Origin: Candidatus Daviesbacteria bacterium
GTDB lineage: Bacteria; Patescibacteriota; Microgenomatia; Daviesbacterales; UBA10151
Direction: 5' to 3'
NCBI GenBank assembly: GCA_016186955.1
Contig: JACPKP010000003.1
Location: forward strand, 2,290 to 66,289
DNA: 64,000 nt
Part shown: one piece after another, positions 47,495 to 57,319 of the stretch
How the letters are laid out: the number at the start of each line of letters is the position of its first letter
Numbering within the stretch: position 1 is the stretch's first letter
Position numbers and translations under genes: made by a program
The notes under the pieces: generated by a model
Told to the model about the DNA's origin: nothing
Seen by the model: only the letters and a program-made list of their open reading frames with translations
Database searches by the model: none

Positions 47495-48733
47495 ATGAAT
47501 CTTGCCAAAAAGATTAATGTTTGCAGAATATGTAAAAGTAAAAAACTTTATCATTTTTTGGATTTAGGAAAACAACCAATTCCAAACGGGTTTTTAAAAA
47601 AAGAGCAATTAATATTAAAAGAGAATTTTTTTAAGTTAGCATGTTTTTTTTGTCGCAGCTGCGGGCTTGTTCAACTGACTCATGTTGTTTCTCCTGCCCT
47701 TATGTTTAAAAATTATGCCTATATCCCATCCGGCGCTAAGATGATGTTAAACAACTTTTCAAATTTGGCATACCAGGCAAACCACCAGATTAAACTTTCA
47801 AAATCTTCCCTCTGCGTGGATATCGGTTCAAATGATGGGAGTTTACTCAAATTTTTCAAAGCTTTTGAAGCAAAAGTTTTAGGGATTGACCCGGCGCAGA
47901 ATCTGGCGGATGTTGCAATAAAAGCAGGCATCCCTACCGAAGTAATGATGTTTAATGAAAAAACAGCAGACAGAATTATTAAAAGTCACGGCAAAGCAGA
48001 CATCATTACCGCAACGAATGTAGTGGCGCATATAGATAACCTGCACAGTCTCCTCAAAGGCATACTCAAGCTTTTGAAAAATGGAGGGATATTTATTACT
48101 GAGTTCCCTTATCTTTTAGATCTGGTTGCAAAAAACCAATTTGACACCATTTATCACGAACATCTTTCATATTTCTCACTGAAACCATGGTTGAAACTGA
48201 TAAGCGGGTATGGTTTTGAGATCGCCGCAGCGCAAAGGTTACAGATTCATGGCGGGTCTATTAGGTTGACCCACCGGAGGAGACGGCTGAAACACATTTC
48301 CCGGGTGGTAAAATACCTGGTGGATCTGGAGGCAAGACAAGGTTTGCACAGCGCCCAGGGGTTTGAAGATTTTTCAAAACGTATTTTTAACCTGAAAGAT
48401 CAATTGCGTGCAGCGCTTAAAAATTTAAAAGATCAAGGTAAAAGGGTAGTGGGTTTGGGTGCGCCGGCCAAAGGCAATGTCCTGACTAGTTTTTTCAATA
48501 TCGGAGTTGAGACACTGGATTATATTGTAGATTCAACGCCGTTGAAACACGGTTTGTTTAGTCCGGGTAAACATATTCCGATTTTTCCTGAATCCAGGTT
48601 GTTGGAGGATAGACCTGACTACGGCCTTATTTTGGCCTGGAATTTTTCTGATGAGATTATTAAAAAGCACGAGAAGTTTAAAAAAATCGGGGGTAAGTTT
48701 ATAATTCCAATACCTGAGGTTAGGATAATATAA
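47495..48733 (+). CDS. NDP-hexose C-methyltransferase
   Basis: CRIC...CxxCGLVQL Zn site, DIGSNDG, FDTIYHEHLSYFS, HGGSIR, GAPAKGN, LAWNF. Confidence 0.9.
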   Translation: MNLAKKINVCRICKSKKLYHFLDLGKQPIPNGFLKKEQLILKENFFKLACFFCRSCGLVQLTHVVSPALMFKNYAYIPSGAKMMLNNFSNLAYQANHQIKLSKSSLCVDIGSNDGSLLKFFKAFEAKVLGIDPAQNLADVAIKAGIPTEVMMFNEKTADRIIKSHGKADIITATNVVAHIDNLHSLLKGILKLLKNGGIFITEFPYLLDLVAKNQFDTIYHEHLSYFSLKPWLKLISGYGFEIAAAQRLQIHGGSIRLTHRRRRLKHISRVVKYLVDLEARQGLHSAQGFEDFSKRIFNLKDQLRAALKNLKDQGKRVVGLGAPAKGNVLTSFFNIGVETLDYIVDSTPLKHGLFSPGKHIPIFPESRLLEDRPDYGLILAWNFSDEIIKKHEKFKKIGGKFIIPIPEVRII

Positions 48734-48838
48734 ATCTCAAATGTTAAATGTCAAATCTACAACTTAAAGCTAAAATCTTGAAAAAATAGGATATTTGAGA
48801 TAAAGTTTTGAGATTTTCGATTTGAGTTTTGAGATTTT
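48732..48838. repeat. Intergenic inverted heptad-repeat element (empty four-helix-bundle-type flanks)
   Basis: Left arm AAATCTCAAATGTTAAATGTCAAATCTACAACTTAAAGCTAAAATCTT; right arm AAGTTTTGAGATTTTCGATTTGAGTTTTGAGATTTT. Confidence 0.6.
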
Positions 48839-48844
48839 CCGAAC

Positions 48845-49570
48845 ATGTGGCATAGAAAAACTGTTGCTGTTATTTTTCCTACATACAGAGAAAAAGATTC
48901 AATCAAGGATGCTATTTTAGAGTTTGATTCAACAGGCTTTGTTGATGAGATTATTGTGGTGGATAATAATGCCCAGGAAGGGACAGGGCTTGAGGTTAAA
49001 AAAACCCGCGCAAGGCTGATAAAAGATAACAGGCAAGGTTATGGTAGGGCTATAAAAACCGGAATAAAAAATACCAAGGCAGATCTGCTGATAATTGCGG
49101 AACCAGACGGCGCCTTTGAAGGAAAGGATGTCGTTAAACTTTTAGCATATAGTGATGATTTTGATACTGTTTTTGGCTCAAGGACACATGTACCGCTGAT
49201 TCATTCAGGTGCAGGAATGCATTTTTTAAGAAGAATCCTGGATGTGCTTTTGGGTAAAATGATTAGTATTCTTTTTATGTCTACAACGCTGACTGATGTG
49301 GGGTGTGTTTTACGGCTTACTAACAGGCGGGGTTGGAAAAAAGTATCTTCAGAATGTAAGGCAGACAATGCCATGTTTGCTACAGAGTGGCTTCTACTGG
49401 CCTGTAAAAATAATGTGAAATTTATTGAGATTCCGGTTAACTTCCGGTCAAGGGTTGGCAGGCCGCAGTTTAACGCAACATTTTTTGGCCAGGCAATATG
49501 GGGTGTTAGGATATTTATCTATATCTGGAAGGTTTGGTTTTATGCAAAACTGGACAGAAAACTTCGCTAG
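48845..49570 (+). CDS. GT2 glycosyltransferase (DPM1/polyprenyl-phosphate type)
   Basis: IIVVDNN, QGYGRA, EPDG, FGSR, FIEIPVNF. Confidence 0.85.
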   Translation: MWHRKTVAVIFPTYREKDSIKDAILEFDSTGFVDEIIVVDNNAQEGTGLEVKKTRARLIKDNRQGYGRAIKTGIKNTKADLLIIAEPDGAFEGKDVVKLLAYSDDFDTVFGSRTHVPLIHSGAGMHFLRRILDVLLGKMISILFMSTTLTDVGCVLRLTNRRGWKKVSSECKADNAMFATEWLLLACKNNVKFIEIPVNFRSRVGRPQFNATFFGQAIWGVRIFIYIWKVWFYAKLDRKLR

Positions 49571-49571
49571 A

Positions 49572-50411
49572 ATGATTAAATGCCCAAATTGTCAGGACAG
49601 TCCAACAATCGAACTGAAAGCCGATGGAAAATTTCAGGTTTTTTTCTGCACCGGGTGTTTGAACGGTTTTACATATCCGGTACCTGCCGGTTTGGCTAAA
49701 TATTATCCTGGAGGGTATTGGATACCGCAAGGGTGGAAAGGGTTCGTCAAAGAGCAAGTTTATAAGTTAACCCAAAAACGCAGACAAAGATGGATTAAAA
49801 AATACCTGTCTTCCGGCAAGATCCTGGATGTGGGTGCAGGTGAAGGAGTTTTCATAGAAACCATGAAGAAGCAGTTTTCCGTAGTCGGTATTGAACCGCC
49901 TTTTTCCAAAATAAAAAATCAACATATAATTAAAATTGATTTTTTAAAATGGCAAACAAAACAAAAATTTGATGCAGTAGTTTTTTGGGAAAGCCTGGAA
50001 CATACAAGAGTCCCTCAAAAATATCTTGAAAAAGCATATAATCTGTTGAAAAAAGGAGGCCTGGTTTTTATAGAATATCCTGTCCTTGATTGTTTGGAAT
50101 CAAAAATTTTTGGCAGGTTTTGGTACCATCTTGATTTGCCAAGGCACCTTGCCCATCTTACAGAAAAAGGGTTGGGGATAATAACTGCAAAGGCAGGTTT
50201 TAAAAAAATTGACAGCAAAGATGTATTTGCCCTTGAATATACTTTGCCTGGGTTTTTAGCAAGCCTTTTGAATATCAGTAAAGTTAAGTTACCAAAAACG
50301 AATCTTTTACTCCTTGCAGTACCGCTTTTCATACCAGTTTTAGCCGTAGAACTGCTTTTTTATGTATTGCACCAGGCGCCTATAGGAATTATGATTGCCA
50401 GGAAAGTTTAA
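49572..50411 (+). CDS. Class I SAM-dependent methyltransferase with N-terminal CxxC pairs
   Basis: CPNC...CTGC, ILDVGAGEG, SLEH, DLPRHL. True start is ATG 49572. Confidence 0.85.
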   Translation: MIKCPNCQDSPTIELKADGKFQVFFCTGCLNGFTYPVPAGLAKYYPGGYWIPQGWKGFVKEQVYKLTQKRRQRWIKKYLSSGKILDVGAGEGVFIETMKKQFSVVGIEPPFSKIKNQHIIKIDFLKWQTKQKFDAVVFWESLEHTRVPQKYLEKAYNLLKKGGLVFIEYPVLDCLESKIFGRFWYHLDLPRHLAHLTEKGLGIITAKAGFKKIDSKDVFALEYTLPGFLASLLNISKVKLPKTNLLLLAVPLFIPVLAVELLFYVLHQAPIGIMIARKV

Positions 50412-51101
50412 ATGTTTAAAAAGTTGAAGGTAGTAGCAATTTTACCAGCCTATCAAGCTGAAAAAACACTGTTGCCATTTTTTAAAACCCTGCCAAAAGG
50501 GGTTTTTGATGAAGTTATTTTAGTTGATGATTGCTCATCGGATAAAACTTATGAGATTGCCAAAAAACACCGTGGGATAAAGGCATACCAGAATCCAAAA
50601 AATTTAGGTTATGGGGGGAATGTCAAACAATGTTTGAAAACCGCTTTGAAACATGGGGCGGATGTTATGATTGAAATCCATCCTGATGGTGAATACGGGG
50701 CAGATGGGATTATTCCGGCGCTTTTGGAAATAAAACAAGGGGCAAAATTTGTGCTTGGTAACCGTTTTGCCAAAAACCCCGTATCTTCGGGTATGTTTTT
50801 ATGGAAGTATGTTTTTATAAGGGTGTTAAATTTAATCCATAATTTGATTTTGCGGACAAATATTCCCGATTTACATCAGGGTTTTCGGGTTTATACCCGG
50901 CAGCAATTAAGCAAAGTAAATTTTAAAAAGATGAGTGATGGTTATATTTTTAGTTTTGAAATTATCGTAGAGACAATTTTTAAAAAAATGCATATTTCGA
51001 GCGTTCCTGTCAGTACAAAATACCAGGGCGCCAAAAGAGGGGCTTACTTTAAAAACAGTTTGGTCTATGGTTTACAAACCCTTGCAATTTGCTTAAAATG
51101 A
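50412..51101 (+). CDS. GT2 glycosyltransferase (DPM1-like)
   Basis: LPAYQA, VDDCSSD, NLGYGGN, HPDGEY, DLHQGFR. Confidence 0.88.
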   Translation: MFKKLKVVAILPAYQAEKTLLPFFKTLPKGVFDEVILVDDCSSDKTYEIAKKHRGIKAYQNPKNLGYGGNVKQCLKTALKHGADVMIEIHPDGEYGADGIIPALLEIKQGAKFVLGNRFAKNPVSSGMFLWKYVFIRVLNLIHNLILRTNIPDLHQGFRVYTRQQLSKVNFKKMSDGYIFSFEIIVETIFKKMHISSVPVSTKYQGAKRGAYFKNSLVYGLQTLAICLK

Positions 51102-52528
51102 GGGGAAACAGCTATTTTTTAATTCCAATATTTTTAATAGTTGTTCAGGGGATATATTCAATTTCATCAATAGGCGAACTGAGGCTTGAGGAAGCGATTG
51201 AATCTATAAGAAGTGTTTACTGGTTTCAAAACCATCTGGTCTGGAATGGTGGATATACAAATTTAGGATGGTATACGGTTTTGGCGGTTGTCTATAATCT
51301 CTTTGGTTTTAGCGTTTATAGCGCTAAGTTTGTTAAACTTTTTGTTTACATTTTAGCACTTTTATGTCTTGCAGCTCTTTTAAAAAAATACTTAGGTGAA
51401 AAATTAGCTATCGTTCCTCTTTTAATGATTGGATTCTCACCAACCCTCATATATTTAAACAGTTTACAGATATCGCATGGCATAGAGGTAAGTTATTTTT
51501 TAATTTGCGCTTACTTAATTTCCAACTTAAATTTTAAAAAAAGAGCTGAATGGATGTTGCAAACAATTCTTGGAATTGTAGCTGCAATTGCCGTTCTTTC
51601 ATATCCGGCGTTTATTTACTATTTACCGATTATTAGCTTTTATTATTTATATCAATTAAAAAATCAGTGTAAAAAGGCATCAATAAGCTTAATTGTATTT
51701 TGTACGTATCTTTTACTTAGTATTTTATATATTAAGAATAGACAAATTCTTATATATGATACAAACAGCAATCTAGGATTATTCAGAGGAGGAGGCAGAT
51801 TGGAATTTGATTTGGATCTTTTGATAAGTAACTTTAGAATAATGTTTTCAGATTTGTTTCAAATTCCAGTTAGTTATTATTTTGAACCATTAAAAACAGA
51901 GTTTTCAGATTTTTATCCAATGTTTGTTGTAATTTTTGTTATGGTTATTAGTTTAGCGCTTTTCCTCAAAATACAGAGACTACGGTTTTTTATTGGATTT
52001 GTTTGGACTTGTTTTTTAGGTTATTCAATTGTTTTAAACTTATTTGGACCTATTGGGTTAGGAGGGATAAGAAGGGAAACAATTATCCTCACATTATTTT
52101 ATTTACTTTTTGTAATTGTTTGGAAATTTATCTCGAACATAAAGAAATCTTCTTTCGGCCGGAATTTAGTTTTAGTAGTTCTTGGTTTGTTACTTATACA
52201 TCACATCTTTGTTTACCCCCAAAATTTGGGACAATTGAATAAGCAGAGTAAATTCGGTAATTGGTTTGCTCCAAATGCGGAGCTTAGTTTTAGAAGTCAA
52301 ATCAAAACTATTGAAGCAGAAGACCTATGGGTCAATTGCGAGGAAAATGTTAATCCCTATGCGCATTCAAGATGTGCAGGTTTAAGTATCAACTATGCCC
52401 TGATAGCAGGTGAGTGTTTATGGAACAGACGGCTTTGTCATAAAGTCATAGCTTTTGATGCAAAAAACCAAAAACATTTTTTGATTAATTTAAATTTTTG
52501 GGGGGAAGGATCACATGCCGAACCATGA
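51098..52528 (+). CDS. Polytopic membrane protein, probable GT-C glycosyltransferase
   Basis: About 11 TMs, acidic EE in the first loop; ATGA-coupled to both neighbours. Confidence 0.55.
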   Translation: MRGNSYFLIPIFLIVVQGIYSISSIGELRLEEAIESIRSVYWFQNHLVWNGGYTNLGWYTVLAVVYNLFGFSVYSAKFVKLFVYILALLCLAALLKKYLGEKLAIVPLLMIGFSPTLIYLNSLQISHGIEVSYFLICAYLISNLNFKKRAEWMLQTILGIVAAIAVLSYPAFIYYLPIISFYYLYQLKNQCKKASISLIVFCTYLLLSILYIKNRQILIYDTNSNLGLFRGGGRLEFDLDLLISNFRIMFSDLFQIPVSYYFEPLKTEFSDFYPMFVVIFVMVISLALFLKIQRLRFFIGFVWTCFLGYSIVLNLFGPIGLGGIRRETIILTLFYLLFVIVWKFISNIKKSSFGRNLVLVVLGLLLIHHIFVYPQNLGQLNKQSKFGNWFAPNAELSFRSQIKTIEAEDLWVNCEENVNPYAHSRCAGLSINYALIAGECLWNRRLCHKVIAFDAKNQKHFLINLNFWGEGSHAEP

Positions 52529-54783
52529 AAGATAAAGTCAAAACTATAATTCAAAATTCAAACTTTCAGATTATAACATTAGTCTTATTAACAATTTTAG
52601 CTTATTCCAATATTTTCTCAAACGGTTTTGTCATTGATGATAAAAGTTTTATTGGGGGTTGGGAGGGGACTAAAAGCTTAGCAAACATCCCGCAATTTTT
52701 TGCAGGCGCTGTCCCGCCGGGCCATGAAGGGGTTTACCGGCCTTTAAGAAGCGTACTTTATGCAATCTATTATCAGGTATTCGGGACTAATATTTTTTGG
52801 TACCATCTCCATTCAATTCTGGTTCATTTAGGGTCAACAATTTTGGTCTATTTTATAACCAGGGAATTAGTATATGTTGCTCGGGGTCCTTCCGCGGCAG
52901 TTTCCCGTCGGGTGTCCTCAGTCGTTTCACTCCCTGCGGGTACGCGCCGGGACCCCTCTGCCACGTCACCCCTCGCAACTTCTTTCATACCTTTCATCAC
53001 AGCCCTACTTTTTGGCCTCCAACCCATCCATACAGAAACCATTACCTATATTGCATCCAGTATGGATGCGGTAGGGATGATGTTTATGTTTTTATCCTTC
53101 TATCTTTACCTTCGGGCACAACTCACCCCGGGGGTGAAGAAAATGCAGTTACACCCCCGGGGTGTAATCCTGGGAGCCTCAGTAGTTTCTGCATTGGCAG
53201 CCTATTTTACCAATGAAACTACACTTATCTTGCCGCTACTGTTGATACTGTACAATATCTGCTTTAGAAAATTAGGATTTGTTTCGAATTTCGGTATCCG
53301 ATATTCGAATTTATTGCTTTATTTGCCTTATTTTGCAGGAGTTTTGATTTACTTCATGGTTCGCTTTTTTGCTCTTCAAATCACTTCAAGAGGGCCATAT
53401 CTGGCGGACAGCATTTATTTTACCTTTCTCACCATGACTAAGGTGTTTGTAAAGTATATCTCCCTTATATTGTTGCCTTTAAACCAGGCAAACAACCACA
53501 CCATCTCAAAAGGGATAGAAGCATTTGTTTACAGGGGTTACAGCCCTGATGCAATCAAAGCGCAAACATTGTTTGATGCAGAGGTATTACTATGTATTGT
53601 TGTTATTATTGCATTGTTTTTATTAGCCTGGAAGATGAAGAAGAAACTACCCATTGTAACATTCGGGATAGGGTGGTTTTTTATTTCTCTTTTGCCGGTT
53701 TCTGAAATTATCCCGCAAGGCTCTATGTTGGGCGAGAGGTTTTTGTATATACCGTCATTTGGGGCGATACTGATTATCGGGTATTGCCTGGGCATAATTT
53801 TTAATTTTAAATTTTTAATTTTCAATAAAAATTTCAAACTTCAAATTTCAAATTCATTAAAGAATATAGTACTGACTACATTTATTGCAATCATTTGTGG
53901 ATATTTTTACCTCACATACACTAGAAACAAAGACTGGCATGATGAAACTTCCCTCTGGTCTAAAGATATTAAAGTTTATCCCGATTCCAATGCTTATGCA
54001 TATTTTCAACTGGGGAATGTCTATTTGGGAAATAACCAGCTGGATAAGGCGCTTTCCAACTATAACCGTTCTTTTGAAATCAATCCTCATTTTGCAGTAG
54101 CCATAGCCAGCGCCGGCAGGGCTGATGAGCGGCAAGGCAATAAAGATGAGGCGGTAAAAAACTACCAAAAGGCCATAAATACAGACCCTAATTTTTGGGA
54201 AGGCTATATTATTTTAGGGGCTATAAATATTGAAGATGGTAACTTTGATTTTGCAAGTAAATATTACCAAAAACTTTCTACAATTTATCCGCAGTATACA
54301 GTTGCTAAAGATATCTTAGACCAGCTTTCCAGGATAGAGCCAGGCGCCAAAAACCTCAAGGTACAAAACGGGGGTATCTTTAAAGCTTTCAGTAACCGGG
54401 TTATAACGTTTTCATATCCTGCAGACTGGAGGTTTGAAGACGGCAAAACTGAATTTAAGCTTACCAGCAGCGGCGAAAAACTTAAAATTGATATTAAAAA
54501 AATTGCAACGAAAGAGAATTCTATTGAAGATTATCTTAAATCAAAAAAAGCTACTTTTGGGTTACTGAAAAACCAGGGGCCGGCTAAAATACCGCAATTT
54601 GACGATTCTTTTGTAAAAGTTTGGCAGGATCCTCAAGATGGGGATATTTTAAAACTGCAGTTTCTTCTTCTGAAAGGAGAAGATATTTTAGAAGTCTTAG
54701 TTTATCCTGCAGACTCACCTTTGATGCGGCAGTTTGATGAGATATTAGCAAGTATTAAAATAGTAACACCATCCAAAAGATGA
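52525..54783 (+). CDS. TMTC-like TPR glycosyltransferase copy 8
   Basis: FVIDD, YRP, QPIHTE, GERFLY, RNKDW, TPRs, PsbP-like tail. Confidence 0.8.
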   Translation: MKDKVKTIIQNSNFQIITLVLLTILAYSNIFSNGFVIDDKSFIGGWEGTKSLANIPQFFAGAVPPGHEGVYRPLRSVLYAIYYQVFGTNIFWYHLHSILVHLGSTILVYFITRELVYVARGPSAAVSRRVSSVVSLPAGTRRDPSATSPLATSFIPFITALLFGLQPIHTETITYIASSMDAVGMMFMFLSFYLYLRAQLTPGVKKMQLHPRGVILGASVVSALAAYFTNETTLILPLLLILYNICFRKLGFVSNFGIRYSNLLLYLPYFAGVLIYFMVRFFALQITSRGPYLADSIYFTFLTMTKVFVKYISLILLPLNQANNHTISKGIEAFVYRGYSPDAIKAQTLFDAEVLLCIVVIIALFLLAWKMKKKLPIVTFGIGWFFISLLPVSEIIPQGSMLGERFLYIPSFGAILIIGYCLGIIFNFKFLIFNKNFKLQISNSLKNIVLTTFIAIICGYFYLTYTRNKDWHDETSLWSKDIKVYPDSNAYAYFQLGNVYLGNNQLDKALSNYNRSFEINPHFAVAIASAGRADERQGNKDEAVKNYQKAINTDPNFWEGYIILGAINIEDGNFDFASKYYQKLSTIYPQYTVAKDILDQLSRIEPGAKNLKVQNGGIFKAFSNRVITFSYPADWRFEDGKTEFKLTSSGEKLKIDIKKIATKENSIEDYLKSKKATFGLLKNQGPAKIPQFDDSFVKVWQDPQDGDILKLQFLLLKGEDILEVLVYPADSPLMRQFDEILASIKIVTPSKR
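52875..52979. repeat. 105-bp GC-rich palindromic insert, family D, copy 3
   Basis: Same element at the homologous loop. Confidence 0.85.
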
Positions 54784-56627
54784 TTGTCCTTACATTATCA
54801 AGAGTTTATCAGTATTTGTTGATTCTTACGGTAATATTTCTTTTTTACGGAAATACTTTAGGCAATGGATTTGTTTACGATGATCCGGCATTTATTACGA
54901 ATAATGACTTAGTTCATAGTTTATCAAATATCCCAAAAATACTTGCAGGCTGTTTGATGGGTTTTTCGGGTGCAACCTGCCAGGAGGCAGGAGTCTATTA
55001 TCATCCGTTTTTATTTCTACAGTTTTTGTTTACCTACCAGATTTCGCCTGATCCATTTTTATTCCATGCAGTAAATTTATTAATTTTATCAGGAACAATC
55101 ATGCTAGTAATCATTTTTTTTGAAAAGATTTTTGGAAAAGGATTGTTACCTATTCTGGCGGCGCTACTGGTACTGATAAACCCTATCAATTCTGAGATTG
55201 GTAACTTTGTTTCCGCAGTAAATGATCAATACCTGGTGATATTTTTTATTTTAAGCTTTTTAAGCCTGATAAAATTTTCAAAAACAGGAACGAAAAAATA
55301 TCTTTATCTATCCCTGGTTTTCTATTTTTTGGATTTAGTAGCCAAAGAATCAGCAGTATTTTTATTTATTCCCGGTCTGTTTTACTACATATTTCTTACA
55401 AAACCAAAAAGCAAGCTGCCGTTGTATAAATTAGTCATGTTATATTTTATTCCGCTCCTGTTCTATTTGGGTTTGAGAACTGTTGTACTGGGGAAGTTGA
55501 TCCATAATTTAACCGGTTATCATGATATGAGTTTTCTAACCCAAATTTTAACCGGCATCTCAATTTATCCGCTATATTTATCAAAACTTATCTACCCTTT
55601 GCCCCTTAATGCCCAACATGATCCTCCGGTAATAAGCGGTATAGACTTAAGGTTTTATCTGTCCTTAGGGTTTTGGATTGTAAATGGTTGGTTGGTTTAT
55701 CTTCTGGTCAGGAAAAAGCTGTATAAAATATTATTTGGTTTCAGTTTAATTTTTTTATCGCTTGCGCCGATTCTTGTTTTAATCAATAAAATTGGGCGGT
55801 TTATCTTAGCAGAGAGATATTTATTTATGGCTTCGATTGGATTTTCACTAATTATATTAATTATCTATTCTTGTATAAGTTGGTGGGTTATTTTTCAAAG
55901 AAACAAGGATTGGCATGACGAGTTTACCTTTAACAAAAGCATTGCATTCCTGACGCATGAAAACTTTGGAGTGTTATATAACTTAGGTGTAAATTATACA
56001 AATATAAATCAATTTGAATTTGCAGTTGATTCCTACAAAAAATCATTATTAATTAATCCTGATTTTTGGCAATCTCATAACAATTTAGCAAATGCTTATT
56101 TAAATTTGGGACGAATTGATGAGGCAAAGAATGAGTTTATGATTGTTCAAAAACTAAATCCTGAACTAATCGCTGCAAGTACAAGTATAGATAATTTGAA
56201 TTTAATTAAATCAGGTACAAAATCTGGAATTCTTAAATTGAATAAAAATTTACTTGAATATTCTAAAGATAATTTATCTTTTAGTTTTCCATTGTATTTA
56301 AATTTGAAGGATCAAAAAAATAAAAAAATAATTTCTTCTCCAGATAATTCTTTTGCTATAGAAATTATTCAAGATATTTCGGGAGGATTGGAACTTGAAG
56401 ATTACTTAAAAACCCAAAAAGAAAATTACGGAGTATTGGTAAACCAGGGATTGGCTCAAATTCCCAGCTTTGAAAAAGCTTATGTTAAAGCATGGAATAA
56501 AGACGGAAAAGTTTCTCTTCAGTTCTTTCTGTTTAATAGTAGTAAGGTTATAAAAATATTTGTTACTCCTGCAGATTCGCCACTCATGAAACAATTTGAT
56601 TTAATAATAGGATCAATGCGTATATGA
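54780..56627 (+). CDS. TMTC-like TPR glycosyltransferase copy 9
   Basis: FVYDD, NPINSE, KES, AERYL, RNKDW, TPRs, PsbP-like tail. Confidence 0.78.
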   Translation: MIVLTLSRVYQYLLILTVIFLFYGNTLGNGFVYDDPAFITNNDLVHSLSNIPKILAGCLMGFSGATCQEAGVYYHPFLFLQFLFTYQISPDPFLFHAVNLLILSGTIMLVIIFFEKIFGKGLLPILAALLVLINPINSEIGNFVSAVNDQYLVIFFILSFLSLIKFSKTGTKKYLYLSLVFYFLDLVAKESAVFLFIPGLFYYIFLTKPKSKLPLYKLVMLYFIPLLFYLGLRTVVLGKLIHNLTGYHDMSFLTQILTGISIYPLYLSKLIYPLPLNAQHDPPVISGIDLRFYLSLGFWIVNGWLVYLLVRKKLYKILFGFSLIFLSLAPILVLINKIGRFILAERYLFMASIGFSLIILIIYSCISWWVIFQRNKDWHDEFTFNKSIAFLTHENFGVLYNLGVNYTNINQFEFAVDSYKKSLLINPDFWQSHNNLANAYLNLGRIDEAKNEFMIVQKLNPELIAASTSIDNLNLIKSGTKSGILKLNKNLLEYSKDNLSFSFPLYLNLKDQKNKKIISSPDNSFAIEIIQDISGGLELEDYLKTQKENYGVLVNQGLAQIPSFEKAYVKAWNKDGKVSLQFFLFNSSKVIKIFVTPADSPLMKQFDLIIGSMRI

Positions 56628-57313
56628 AGAAGATTTCTATAATAATTCCAGCTTTTAATGAAGAAGCGACTATTGAAAATTTATTGCTTAAGGTAATGAA
56701 AGTTGATTTTGGGAAATGGAAAAGTGAAATAATTGTTGTTGATGATGGATCAACTGACAAAACTTCAAAAGTTTTGTCAGAGAGTAAAAGGAAAAGAGAA
56801 AAATTCAAAGTAATAAGGCACAAAAAAAACAGGGGTAAAGGTGCAGCTATACAAACAGGTTTAAAGCATATAAAAGGGGATGCAGTCATAGTCCAGGATG
56901 CAGATTTAGAGTATGACCCAAAAGAAATAAAAAAACTTTTAAAGGAATTAGAAAAAGGAAAGACAGAGATAATTTTTGGGGCAAGGAATGTTAATGTCAG
57001 TAAAAAAGACCAGTTTTTGTATGTTTGGGGAATCAACTTATCCACATTCCTGCTGAATATTTTTTACGGGTCAAACATCACAGATCTTTATACCTGCTAT
57101 AAATTGTATAGGGCAGACCTTTTCCAGGAATACTCAGCCAAAAAAACCGGTTTTGAATGGGATATTGAAATGATAACCGGGCTTTTAAAAAAAGGGTATA
57201 AAATAAGTGAAGTACCCATAAAATACAAACCAAGAAAATTTTCCGAAGGTAAAAAAATCAGGCCCTGGGATGGGATAATCGGGCTTTGGGTGATTATTAA
57301 AAATAGGTTTTAA
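56624..57313 (+). CDS. GT2 glycosyltransferase (DPM1-like)
   Basis: IPAFNE, VDDGSTD, NRGKGAA, QDADLEYDP, EGKKI. Confidence 0.9.
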   Translation: MKKISIIIPAFNEEATIENLLLKVMKVDFGKWKSEIIVVDDGSTDKTSKVLSESKRKREKFKVIRHKKNRGKGAAIQTGLKHIKGDAVIVQDADLEYDPKEIKKLLKELEKGKTEIIFGARNVNVSKKDQFLYVWGINLSTFLLNIFYGSNITDLYTCYKLYRADLFQEYSAKKTGFEWDIEMITGLLKKGYKISEVPIKYKPRKFSEGKKIRPWDGIIGLWVIIKNRF

Positions 57314-57319
57314 AAGGGT

